This document shows positions 11,841-20,068 of a DNA stretch of 64,000 nucleotides, piece by piece. Position 1 is the first letter of the stretch. Every line of letters begins with the position of its first letter. A program made the position numbers and the translations under genes. The notes under the pieces were generated by a model that saw nothing but the letters and a program-made list of their open reading frames with translations, did no database searches and was not told the DNA's origin. The DNA comes from an uncultured Acidobacteriaceae bacterium (GTDB taxonomy: Bacteria; Acidobacteriota; Terriglobia; Terriglobales; Acidobacteriaceae). Location: assembly GCA_963761405.1 (NCBI GenBank), contig CAVXHH010000010.1, positions 39,215 to 103,214 on the forward strand. Direction: 5' to 3'.

Positions 11841-12632
11841 ATGGACTTTGGCCTCAAAGGATAAAACGGCATTGGTACTAGCCGGCGGTGGCGGCTTAGG
11901 CCGGGCAATCGCCGAATCGCTGGCCCAGCGAAGGCGCAAACATCGCCGTAGCCGGGATAAGGAGCCGATTCCATCGACCGGCACGCAAGCAGCATTGGCA
12001 GCCATCGGCGATCAAGAACCTCGGTCTTGATCTGGGACCTTTCCGACCTGACCCAAATCGACGGGCACATCTCGAAAATCGAACGCGAACTGGGCCCAGT
12101 CGACATCCTCGTGAACAACAGCGGCGGCCCGCCGCCGACGACGGCCAGCGGTCAGGATCCTGCCCTGTGGTCGAAACATTTTCAGGCCATGGTGCTTTCG
12201 GTCATCGCCACCACCGACCGCGTGCTGCCGAACATGCGAGCGCGGCATTGGGGCCGCATCATCACCAGCGCTTCCTCCGGCGTGGTGGCGCCCATCCCCA
12301 ATCTCGCCATTTCCAATGCGCTGCGCCTCTCGCTGGTCGGATGGTCCAAAACGCTGGCCCGCGAAGTCGCCAAAGACGGCATTACCGCAAACATCATTCT
12401 GCCCGGACGCATCGCGACCGACCGCATCAAGTTTCTCGACGAGGCGAAAGCCAAACGCGAAGGCCGCAACCTGGAGCAGGTGCTGGAGGAAAGTACGGCC
12501 AGCATTCCGGCCGGCCGTTTCGGCAAACCGGAAGAATACGGCGACGTGGTTGCCTTTCTCGCCAGTGAGCGAGCCGCCTACATCACCGGCTCCGTCGTCC
12601 GCGTCGATGGCGGCATGATCGCCGGCATCTAG
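11841..12632 (+). pseudogene. SDR-family oxidoreductase (3-oxoacyl-ACP reductase-like), at least 4 frame switches in the first 200 nt
   Basis: MDFGLKG* then KTALVLAGGGGLGRAIAESLAQ / EGANIAVA / GRDKEPI...AAIGD / ...LIWDLSDL...NNSGG...ITGSVVRVDGGMIAGI*. The Rossmann motif TGxxxGxG is present. Confidence 0.8.
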
Positions 12633-12857
12633 AGCATTTTCGCAATTACTGTGGTCTGGCAAGAGCAACGAGGTGTGGTTTTCTTTGAGAGAAAACCACG
12701 TAAAGGCCGGCGGCTTGCCGTATTTCCTGCCACGCAGCACTGGCCGGGAACAGTTATGTGCGACTTTCCTCAAAGAAAGTCGCATGCAGTTCGGTGGTTC
12801 CACCAACATCCACAGGAAATGCGGCTTCGGTCTACACCAATTGCGAAAATGCTTAGA
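12630..12857. repeat. MITE-like element, long form (copy B) carrying the nested 107-nt module (12718-12824)
   Basis: Termini are TAGAGCATTTTCGCAATT ... AATTGCGAAAATGCTTAGA. It is near-identical in layout to 30836..31064. Its first TAG is the stop codon of the SDR gene. Confidence 0.85.
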
Positions 12858-12896
12858 GATTGCAGTCAGGAGCGCACCATAACGGAGCAGATACCA

Positions 12897-13606
12897 GTGG
12901 AGTTAGACAAAAAACCAGGGCAACGCTCTCCTCCATAGCGACGGCAACCCTCACCACCGTGCTGCTGAAGAAAGGGCTGCGCAATGTCTGGCTGCGCGGC
13001 ACCAGACCGTTGCGCCCTGGACAAAAACGCGCCGTCGGCCCGGCCTTCACATTGCGCTTTGTCCCTGCGCGCGAAGATCTGGCTACACCCGAATCCTGGA
13101 GTTCGCCCGTCTCGACCCGCGCCGCAATCGAAGCGATGCCGCCTGACTGCATTGCCGTTGTCGACGCCATGGGCATCACCGACGCCGGCATTTTCGGAGA
13201 CATTCTCTGCGCGCGTATGAAGGTGCGCGGGGTTGCCGCGCTGGTCACGGATGGCGTCGTGCGCGATGTCGCCGGCGTGCTCGACACCGGTTTGCCGGTC
13301 TGGTGCAGGGGCGCGGCGGCGCCCCCATCGGTCGCCGGTTTGACGTTCGTAAATTGGCAGCAGCCGATTGGCTGCGGTGGGGTAGCGGTGTTTCCAGACG
13401 ATGTGATCGTCGTCGATGACGACGGCGCCGTCGTCATTCCCCGGGCGTTGCTGAATGACGTGGTAGAAGCAGCCGCCGAGCAGGAGAAGCTCGAGGCGTG
13501 GATTATGGCTGAGGTGAAGGCAGGAGCACCCCTGCCTGGCCTCTACCCGCCGAATGCGGAAAACAAAGCTCGCTATGAAGCATTCCGCAGCGAGACCGCC
13601 AAATAA
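12897..13606 (+). CDS. RraA-family protein (RraA / 4-hydroxy-4-methyl-2-oxoglutarate aldolase-like); N-terminus disturbed by a 1-nt frame problem in an A-run
   Basis: ORF 12860..13606 lacks a good start. GTG 12897 (GGAG 9 nt upstream) gives VELDKK, then falls out of frame at A6 (12909-12914). With A7 it would read VELDKKTRATLSSIATATLTTVLLKKGL. Confidence 0.7.
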
Positions 13607-13650
13607 GTCCAGGGAGATTGACGAAGCTAGCGACCGAACGTGCCGTGCAA

Positions 13651-13819
13651 TAAAGCATTTTCACTTCTGGTGCATACAGAGCAAACCGATCCCGACGCGG
13701 CTTTTCCCAAGAACCGGGGTCCCCGGCAGGCGAGCCTGCTGGGGTGGAAGAACCGGGGTGGAAGAAAAGCCGCACCTCGCCGCACTCACCTGTGCAGAGT
13801 AGAAGTGAAAATGCTCTAG
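13651..13819. repeat. second MITE-like element type (169 bp)
   Basis: Terminal inverted repeats are TAAAGCATTTTCACTTCT (13651-13668) and AGAAGTGAAAATGCTCTAG (13801-13819). The outer AGCATTTTC is shared with the other element family. Confidence 0.65.
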
Positions 13820-13828
13820 TATGGCGTT

Positions 13829-15575
13829 GTGCATGATCCAAAGGAACGGGACACCACCAAAGGCCTACGCAAGGGGCTCACCAGCTATGGCGATGCTGGC
13901 TTCTCTTTGTTCCTGCGTAAGGCCTTTATCAAGGCCAGCGGCTACTCCGAGGACGCGCTCGACCGCCCGATCGTTGGCGTTACTAATACCTTCAGCGACT
14001 ACAACCCATGCCACGGCAATGTGCCCGATCTGATCGAGAGCATAAAGCGCGGCGTTCTGCTTGCCGGCGGATTGCCCATGGTGTTTCCTACTATTTCTAT
14101 CGGCGAAAGCTTCGCTCATCCGACCTCGATGTTCCTGCGCAACCTGATGGCCATGGATACGGAAGAAATGATCCGCGCGCAGCCGATGGATGCAGTGGTG
14201 CTGGTCGGCGGTTGCGACAAGACTCTACCAGCCCTGGTGATGGGCGCCGCCAGCAATGATCTGCCCGCCATCGTTGTACCTACCGGGCCGATGGTGGTGG
14301 GCCATCACAAGGGTGAAGTGCTGGGAGCATGCACCGACTGCCGCCGGCTCTGGGGGCAGTACCGGGCCGGCGCCATCGACGTTGCCGAGATGGAACTGAT
14401 CAGCGGACGCCTCGCTCCCTCGGTCGGTACCTGCATGGTGATGGGGACCGCGAGCACCATGGCGTGCATCCTCGAAGCGATGGGGTTGGCATTGCCTATG
14501 AGTGCCACGGCGCCCGCCACCCACGCCGACCGGCGCCGCATCGCCGAGGCCAGCGGCAAGCGCGCCGCCGAGATGGCTATCGCCGGCGCGCCCATGCCGA
14601 GCAACCTGATTACCACCGCCTCGGTCCGCAACGCGATGATTGTGCTGCAGGCAATAGGCGGCTCCACGAATGGATTGATTCATCTGGCGGCCATAGCCGG
14701 CCGTGCCGGCGTTCCTATGGACCTGGCATCCTTCGATCAATTGGGCAGGGAAGTCCCGGTGCTGCTCAACCTCAAACCCTCGGGCACGCATTACATGGAG
14801 CATTTCCATCATGCCGGCGGCCTGCCTGCTCTCATGCGCGAGCTTGGCGTCGCTGCTCAATCTCGACGCGCCCAGCGTTGCCGGCGGCTCCATCGGGGAC
14901 GCGATTGCACAGGCAGAAGAAGTGCCGGGCCAGGATGTGATTCGCAGCATCGCCGCGCCGCTCAAGGTAGGGGGAGCCATGGCGGTGCTGCGCGGCAATC
15001 TGGCGCCAAACAGTGCGGTCATCAAACAATCTGCTGCTTCGCCTAACTTGATGCGTCACACTGGGCGCGCGGTGGTGTTCGACTCCGTCGAAGATATGAC
15101 TGCGCGCATTGACTTGCCGGATCTCGATGTGGGCCCGGAGGACGTTCTGGTTCTGCGCAATGCGGGCCCCAAGGGCGCGCCCGGCATGCCCGAGGCCGGC
15201 TACCTGCCGATCCCGATGAAGCTCGCTCGCCAGGGTGTAAAGGATATGGTTCGCATTTCTGATGCACGCATGAGCGGCACCGCCTTCGGCACCATCGTGC
15301 TGCACATCACGCCGGAGGCGGCCGTGGGTGGTCCCCTGGCAATTGTCGAGACCGGTGACCGGATCAGGCTCGACGTGGAAGCGCGCCGGATCGATTTGCT
15401 GATCGACGACGAAGAGCTGCAACGCCGTCTCGCGCTGTGGAAGCAATTGCCACCGCGATCCAACCGTGCCATGCGAGGCTACGCGCGATTGTTCCAAGAC
15501 AGCGTGTTGCAGGCCGACCAGGGGTGCGATTTCAATTTCCTCCGCGGTGAAGGCGACGCCAGTACGCTCTCTTAG
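13829..15575 (+). pseudogene. IlvD/Edd-family dehydratase (dihydroxy-acid / sugar-acid dehydratase) with one frame switch near 14840
   Basis: GGCDKT and CMVMGTASTM motifs are present. ORFs 13829..15046 and 14703..15575 join at ...HAGGLPALMRE(L) / ASLLNLDAPSVAGGSIGD. Confidence 0.85.
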
Positions 15576-15691
15576 CAGCAAACGTCATAACCACGACAAG
15601 TCGGCAACCTCCCCTGGCGTGAGCGATAGACCTGGATTGTATCGATCATTATTAACGGTTAGTATGAGCGATAGAAGGCCCGCTATCGCCC

Positions 15692-16798
15692 ATGACCTGG
15701 AACTGGCAAAGCTCGGATTGGCCCGATTTCAAGTGGGACCGCTCGCGGATTTCCGCCGCCGAAGAGCAGTTCGTGCTGGGTGCGGGCATTGCCATTGGGA
15801 CCGTCAAACACCTCGGTGAGGATGACCACAGCCAGTTCCTCGTGGAACTGATGAGCGGGGAGGCCGTGACCACATCGGCGATCGAAGGCGAAATTCTCAA
15901 CCGGGCCAGTGTGCAATCGTCCATCCTGCGCCAGCTTGGACTGGCATCTCCCGACAAACGACGTGTCCTGCCCGCAGAACAGGGCATTGCAGAGATGATG
16001 GTCGATCTTTACCGCTCACTCTCGCAGCCGCTTTCTTATGAAATGCTGTTTGGCTGGCACCGGATGGTCACTGCCGGCACGAAAGACCTCGCGGACATTG
16101 GACGATATCGCACAAGCCGGGAACCTATGCAGGTCATCTCCGCTCGAATTGGCGCTCCAATCGTCCATTTCGAGGCTCCGCCCTCGACACGAGTTCCGGC
16201 GGAAATGAAGCGGTTCATCTCATGGTTCAATCGCACCGCGCCGCACGGCACGGAACCGCTGCCGGTCATCACGCGCGCCGGAACAGCCCATCTGTATTTC
16301 GAGTCGATCCATCCTTTCGAGGATGGGAACGGGAGGATTGGGCGCGCCATCGCTGAAAAAGCGATGACGCAGAGCTTCGGCCATCCGGTATTCGTCTCTC
16401 TTGCGACGACCATCTTGGCACACCAAAAGCGATACTATCGGGCGCTCGCACGAGCAAATCGTCAGAACGAGATCACAGAATGGCTGGTTTGGTTCGCTGA
16501 GATTGCATTGGAATCGCAGCGCCGCAGTATCGCCCAGGCGGAATTCATCATTGCTAAAGCCAAGCTGCTCGACCGGCTGCGCGGTCAAATCAATGATAGA
16601 CAGCAAAGGGCGCTCCTGCGCATGTTCCGCGAAGGCCCCGAAGGATTCCAGGGTGGTCTGAGCGCAGGGAACTACGGCACTATTACTGGAGCTTCTGCTG
16701 CCACAACCACCCGCGATCTGGCCGACCTCACGGAAAAGGGAGCCCTCATCCGCACAGGCGAGCGGAGGCACGCACGCTATGCTCTGAACTTAACCTAA
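15692..16798 (+). CDS. Fic family protein (N-terminal DUF4172-like region plus Fido domain)
   Basis: HPFEDGNGRIGRA is the Fic motif HxFx(D/E)GNGRxxR. The N-terminus MTWNWQSSDWPDFKWD is typical of this subfamily. Intact at 368 aa. Confidence 0.9.
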   Translation: MTWNWQSSDWPDFKWDRSRISAAEEQFVLGAGIAIGTVKHLGEDDHSQFLVELMSGEAVTTSAIEGEILNRASVQSSILRQLGLASPDKRRVLPAEQGIAEMMVDLYRSLSQPLSYEMLFGWHRMVTAGTKDLADIGRYRTSREPMQVISARIGAPIVHFEAPPSTRVPAEMKRFISWFNRTAPHGTEPLPVITRAGTAHLYFESIHPFEDGNGRIGRAIAEKAMTQSFGHPVFVSLATTILAHQKRYYRALARANRQNEITEWLVWFAEIALESQRRSIAQAEFIIAKAKLLDRLRGQINDRQQRALLRMFREGPEGFQGGLSAGNYGTITGASAATTTRDLADLTEKGALIRTGERRHARYALNLT

Positions 16799-17112
16799 CT
16801 AAAGCGAAAGGCGAAAGCAGTCGCGAAAGAGCAGCAAGATGTAGATGCTTACCACCAAAGGGCGCCATCGACACCACTTCGTAGTATTTCAGCCTGGTCT
16901 GGCGCGATGCATGATGTAGCTGTGAAACAAACAAATCCCAACTTCGATGCACTGATGGTTTTCCTGGCCAATTGGGAAGGGATCGAGCGCGCGGCGCTCG
17001 GCAGGATCGTAACCGCAGGCCAACTGGCCGATGTGCAGGAACTCGAACGCCTGTTCGCGCTCCCCTCAGAAAAGCCAAGGGGCTTACGGCGTTAACTTGC
17101 TCGTCCGCCATC

Positions 17113-17140
17113 GAGCAGTTTCGCAATTCCGAAAATGCTT
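17113..17140. repeat. minimal 'empty' terminal-repeat pair of the MITE-like family
   Basis: GAGCAGTTTCGCAATT immediately followed by CCGAAAATGCTT. It abuts the stop codon (17140-17142) of the sugar dehydrogenase gene. Confidence 0.5.
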
Positions 17141-18909
17141 CAATGCTGGCTCAGGCCCCAGACATAGGCGGCAACAGCTTGCACCTGCTCGTCTGTCAAC
17201 TGCGCTCCTCCCATCGGTGGCATGGGGCTGCGATATTGTTTCGGCTGCGACACGCCCTCGATGATGGTCTTGGCGATCCCGGGGTAACTGCCATCGCTCC
17301 ACAACCATGTCTTGTCCGTTAGATCGGGACCCAGGGGAGTGCCCGTCCCACCGGCGCCATGGCAACCAGTGCACGACGCTCCGCCGACCTGGCCGTGGTA
17401 GACGCGATTGCCAAGAGCTACCATCTCTGGCGTGGCTCCAGGAGGAACCGGCGGATTGCCGGCGCCGGATGCGGGAGCCGCACCATCCGCTGCGTTTGTC
17501 TCAGCTTCGACGATATCGCCCGCCGGAGCGGACGCGCTCGGGCAGGGAGTGAAATCAGACGAGCCGGCTCCTGCGGACCCTGAATAGACTATGCGGTAGA
17601 TCCTTCCAGCAATGTCGTCGGACACGTAAAGCGAGCCGTCCGGGGCCACGGCAACACCGCTCGGACGGTGTACGGCCTTGTCTGGTGTCCTGATCGCGCC
17701 GGCAAAACCGTCGGCAAATATTTCACACCTGCCGGATTTCTCCAGGGATTGAAAGACCACGTTGTAGCCACCCTGGGGATAGGGAGCTCGATTCCAGGAG
17801 CCGTGGAAGGCAATGAATACGCCATCGCGGTAGCGTGCGGGAAATTGTTTCTGGTCGTAGAACGCCATTCCGTTAGGAGCCCAATGTGCGGGAAACGCCG
17901 CGACCGGGGCGATCTTGCTTGCGCAAACACCGACTTTTTTGCCGCCGTCCCCGCCGTACTCTGGCGCGAGCACCAGCTTCTGCTGGGCCGGGTCGTAATA
18001 GCATTCGGGCCAGCCATAGTCGCCGCCCGATTTCAAAAGCAGCAATTCTTCGGCGGGCAACGTGGCTTCCTGGTCAGGCCGGTATAGATCCGGCCAGTTG
18101 GAATGCAACTGGTCCCGTCCGTGTTGGGTTACATAGACACGATGGCCGGTTGTGTCGACGCCGAACCCTTCTCCGTTGCGTATACCGGTCACGAAGCGGT
18201 TGGCCGGCGAAAATATCTGGTTGGTCTTGTTGGCGTCAAATCGCCAGATGCCGCCGCGGTTCTCGAGTTCTGTACACGGGTCTGCCCCGGGCGATTTCAG
18301 CTCCCGGTTCTTTAGCTGGCATGCGTTCGTTGCCGTACCGACGTCGACATAGATAAATCCGTCGGCGCTGATGTAGAACGGGTGCATGGGGTGATCGCCG
18401 CCAAGAGGCAAGCCGGAAACCACGGTGACCGCGGGGCCCTGGGGCACGATGGAGCCGGCTGCCAAGGTATAGCGAACGATGCGATCGTTGATTTCCGCAT
18501 AGATTGCCCCTTTGTAGAGGCCGATGCCGGTGCCCCCGGCGCCGCCGGTTTGAGCGGTCTCGCCAAAACGTTCTTTCACATCGGCCTTGCCGTCGCCGGT
18601 CGTGTCCTTCAGCGCAACCAGAAATCCGCCTGCAGGTGGCTTCGGCTCTGGGGAGTAATCCTTGTCAGTCCAGGTGTTGACGTAAACCACACCGCCGGGA
18701 CCAACCACCAGGTGACGGGCGTGACCAATCTCATCAGCAAATATCGTCGCGCAAAATCCGGGCGGCAGCTTCAACCCGCTGTCATCGTTCGCGCATGACT
18801 GGGACCTGGTTTGCGCACCCGATGGATCTGGCGCCAACGAGCCGGCACACAGTACTCCGAACGCGGCGGTGGCAGGCAGCAAAGTTCTCAGTAGAGCTTT
18901 AAAGCGCAT
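17140..18909 (-). CDS. PQQ-dependent sugar dehydrogenase (SGDH-type beta-propeller) fused to a C-terminal c-type cytochrome domain
   Basis: Signal peptide MRFKALLRTLLPATAAFGVLCAG. Propeller-like body. The C-terminal CTGCHG heme motif is followed by a conserved ...SPMPPMGG... methionine ligand region. ATG 18909 is preferred over TTG 18924. Confidence 0.8.
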   Translation of the reverse strand: MRFKALLRTLLPATAAFGVLCAGSLAPDPSGAQTRSQSCANDDSGLKLPPGFCATIFADEIGHARHLVVGPGGVVYVNTWTDKDYSPEPKPPAGGFLVALKDTTGDGKADVKERFGETAQTGGAGGTGIGLYKGAIYAEINDRIVRYTLAAGSIVPQGPAVTVVSGLPLGGDHPMHPFYISADGFIYVDVGTATNACQLKNRELKSPGADPCTELENRGGIWRFDANKTNQIFSPANRFVTGIRNGEGFGVDTTGHRVYVTQHGRDQLHSNWPDLYRPDQEATLPAEELLLLKSGGDYGWPECYYDPAQQKLVLAPEYGGDGGKKVGVCASKIAPVAAFPAHWAPNGMAFYDQKQFPARYRDGVFIAFHGSWNRAPYPQGGYNVVFQSLEKSGRCEIFADGFAGAIRTPDKAVHRPSGVAVAPDGSLYVSDDIAGRIYRIVYSGSAGAGSSDFTPCPSASAPAGDIVEAETNAADGAAPASGAGNPPVPPGATPEMVALGNRVYHGQVGGASCTGCHGAGGTGTPLGPDLTDKTWLWSDGSYPGIAKTIIEGVSQPKQYRSPMPPMGGAQLTDEQVQAVAAYVWGLSQH

Positions 18910-19074
18910 GGACCATTCCCCCAAAAAACGAAAGCCGCAAACTTCTATGGAGAGAGCCTACTTGAAATAATCGGAATCCGACAGCTTTTCAGCCTCCGGA
19001 CCGACGGCGCGGATTTTTCGGCGAGATGCTCCGCCGGTCTGGTGAGGAAGAATTCCACAAGGCGGTACCGAAAT

Positions 19075-19108
19075 ACCGACCGCGTCCGAGACCTCGAACG
19101 CGGTCGGT
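19075..19108 (-). terminator. hairpin downstream of the RraA-like gene
   Basis: ACCGACCGCG-N14-CGCGGTCGGT (10-bp stem), followed on the minus strand by AUUUCGG. The U-tract is weak. Confidence 0.4.
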
Positions 19109-19121
19109 CTGGAGGGTGTGT

Positions 19122-19886
19122 TTACAAGCGGCCGAACTTCTTCACCGCTTCTTGAATGGACTTCGTGCTTTCGATGTACGCGTACATGCTGTGTTCTTTA
19201 AAGTCCAGTTGCTGTGACAATACCAGGACTTTCGGCGCGATCTCCCGGGGCACGACCACGATTCCGTCGCTATCTGCCGCCACAATGTCGCCGGCACTCA
19301 CCTTGATTCCGTCGCATACAACCGGTACGCCGGTGCCGGCGACACGATAGTGTCCAGCGGAAGTTGAGGGAACGATGCCGCTGGCATAGACAGGAAACCC
19401 AATCTTGCGCAGATACGCTACATCCCGTACGCCCCCATCGATGACTGCCCCAGCGAATTCGCGTGCCGCCATAGCAGTCCCCATCAGGCCGCCCATGCCG
19501 GCGATGTCTGCCCCATCCTGCACGCTCATCACATAGACCGAATCCTTTGCCCCCTGGTCGATCGCCGTGAGCATCGGCGTGAGCGCGTTTGGATCGTGGT
19601 TCTCTTCCTTCACCAGTTTTACGGTGACCGCATAACCTGCGAACTTTGTGGTGAAGATCGGCTGCATGTGGTGCGTCATGTATTGGCGTTGCCCGGTCAG
19701 CTGCTCGATCGCGTCGGAGACCGAAGAGACCTCCACGTGGCGGTACCCAGCCAGCATAGCCACAGGGTCGTTGGCATACACCGAGGCATCGGGAAATGTT
19801 TGTCCATGCAACAGCAATGTAAGCAGCAGGCAGGGAACGGCAAGCGCAGCTGCCAGAAACAATCCGCGCTTATAGCATTTTCGCAA
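19122..19886 (-). CDS. RraA-family protein with signal-peptide-like N-terminus
   Basis: RraA-like core (...SVSDAIEQLTGQ...GDIVAADSDGIVVVP...). It is preceded by KRGLFLAAALAVPCLLLTLLLHGQ. The only in-frame start upstream of that segment is TTG 19886, inside the terminal repeat of element copy C. Confidence 0.65.
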   Translation of the reverse strand: MRKCYKRGLFLAAALAVPCLLLTLLLHGQTFPDASVYANDPVAMLAGYRHVEVSSVSDAIEQLTGQRQYMTHHMQPIFTTKFAGYAVTVKLVKEENHDPNALTPMLTAIDQGAKDSVYVMSVQDGADIAGMGGLMGTAMAAREFAGAVIDGGVRDVAYLRKIGFPVYASGIVPSTSAGHYRVAGTGVPVVCDGIKVSAGDIVAADSDGIVVVPREIAPKVLVLSQQLDFKEHSMYAYIESTKSIQEAVKKFGRL

Positions 19887-19988
19887 TTGATGTAGACCGA
19901 AGCCACCGACCTTTACGTGGTTTTCTCTCAAAGAAAACCACACCTCGCTGGCCTTACCACACCAGAGTAATTGCGAAAATGCGTTAGA
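19871..19988. repeat. MITE-like element, short form (copy C)
   Basis: TATAGCATTTTCGCAATT ... AATTGCGAAAATGCGTTAGA, with the same central hairpin as copy A. Confidence 0.8.
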
Positions 19989-20068
19989 CCGCACGGCTTT
20001 ACGGTTGGTTGTTGGCAAAAGATACAGATCCACGGTTCTCTCCTTGTAGTGCAGCCACCGACGGCGGT

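Noticed and set aside
12651-12938. Apparently conserved small proteins (…VWFSLERKPRK…FPATQHW…MCDFPQRKSHAVR…) at 12651..12938, 30741..31064 and 56285..56572
   Set aside because: The conservation is at the nucleotide level in all three frames and on both strands, because these ORFs run through copies of the MITE-like element and its 107-nt module. The reading frames are not preserved relative to the element ends.
2225-15575. Programmed ribosomal frameshifting or transcriptional slippage as the explanation for the split genes
   Set aside because: There are about 28 switches in seven unrelated genes, in both directions, without common slippery heptamers or downstream structures. This is incompatible with programmed recoding.
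16907-17095. 62-aa ORF after the Fic gene as a possible antitoxin or partner
   Set aside because: It lies downstream rather than upstream, is separated by more than 100 bp, and has no recognisable Fic-inhibitory (S/T)xxxE(G/N) motif or DNA-binding fold. Evidence is insufficient.
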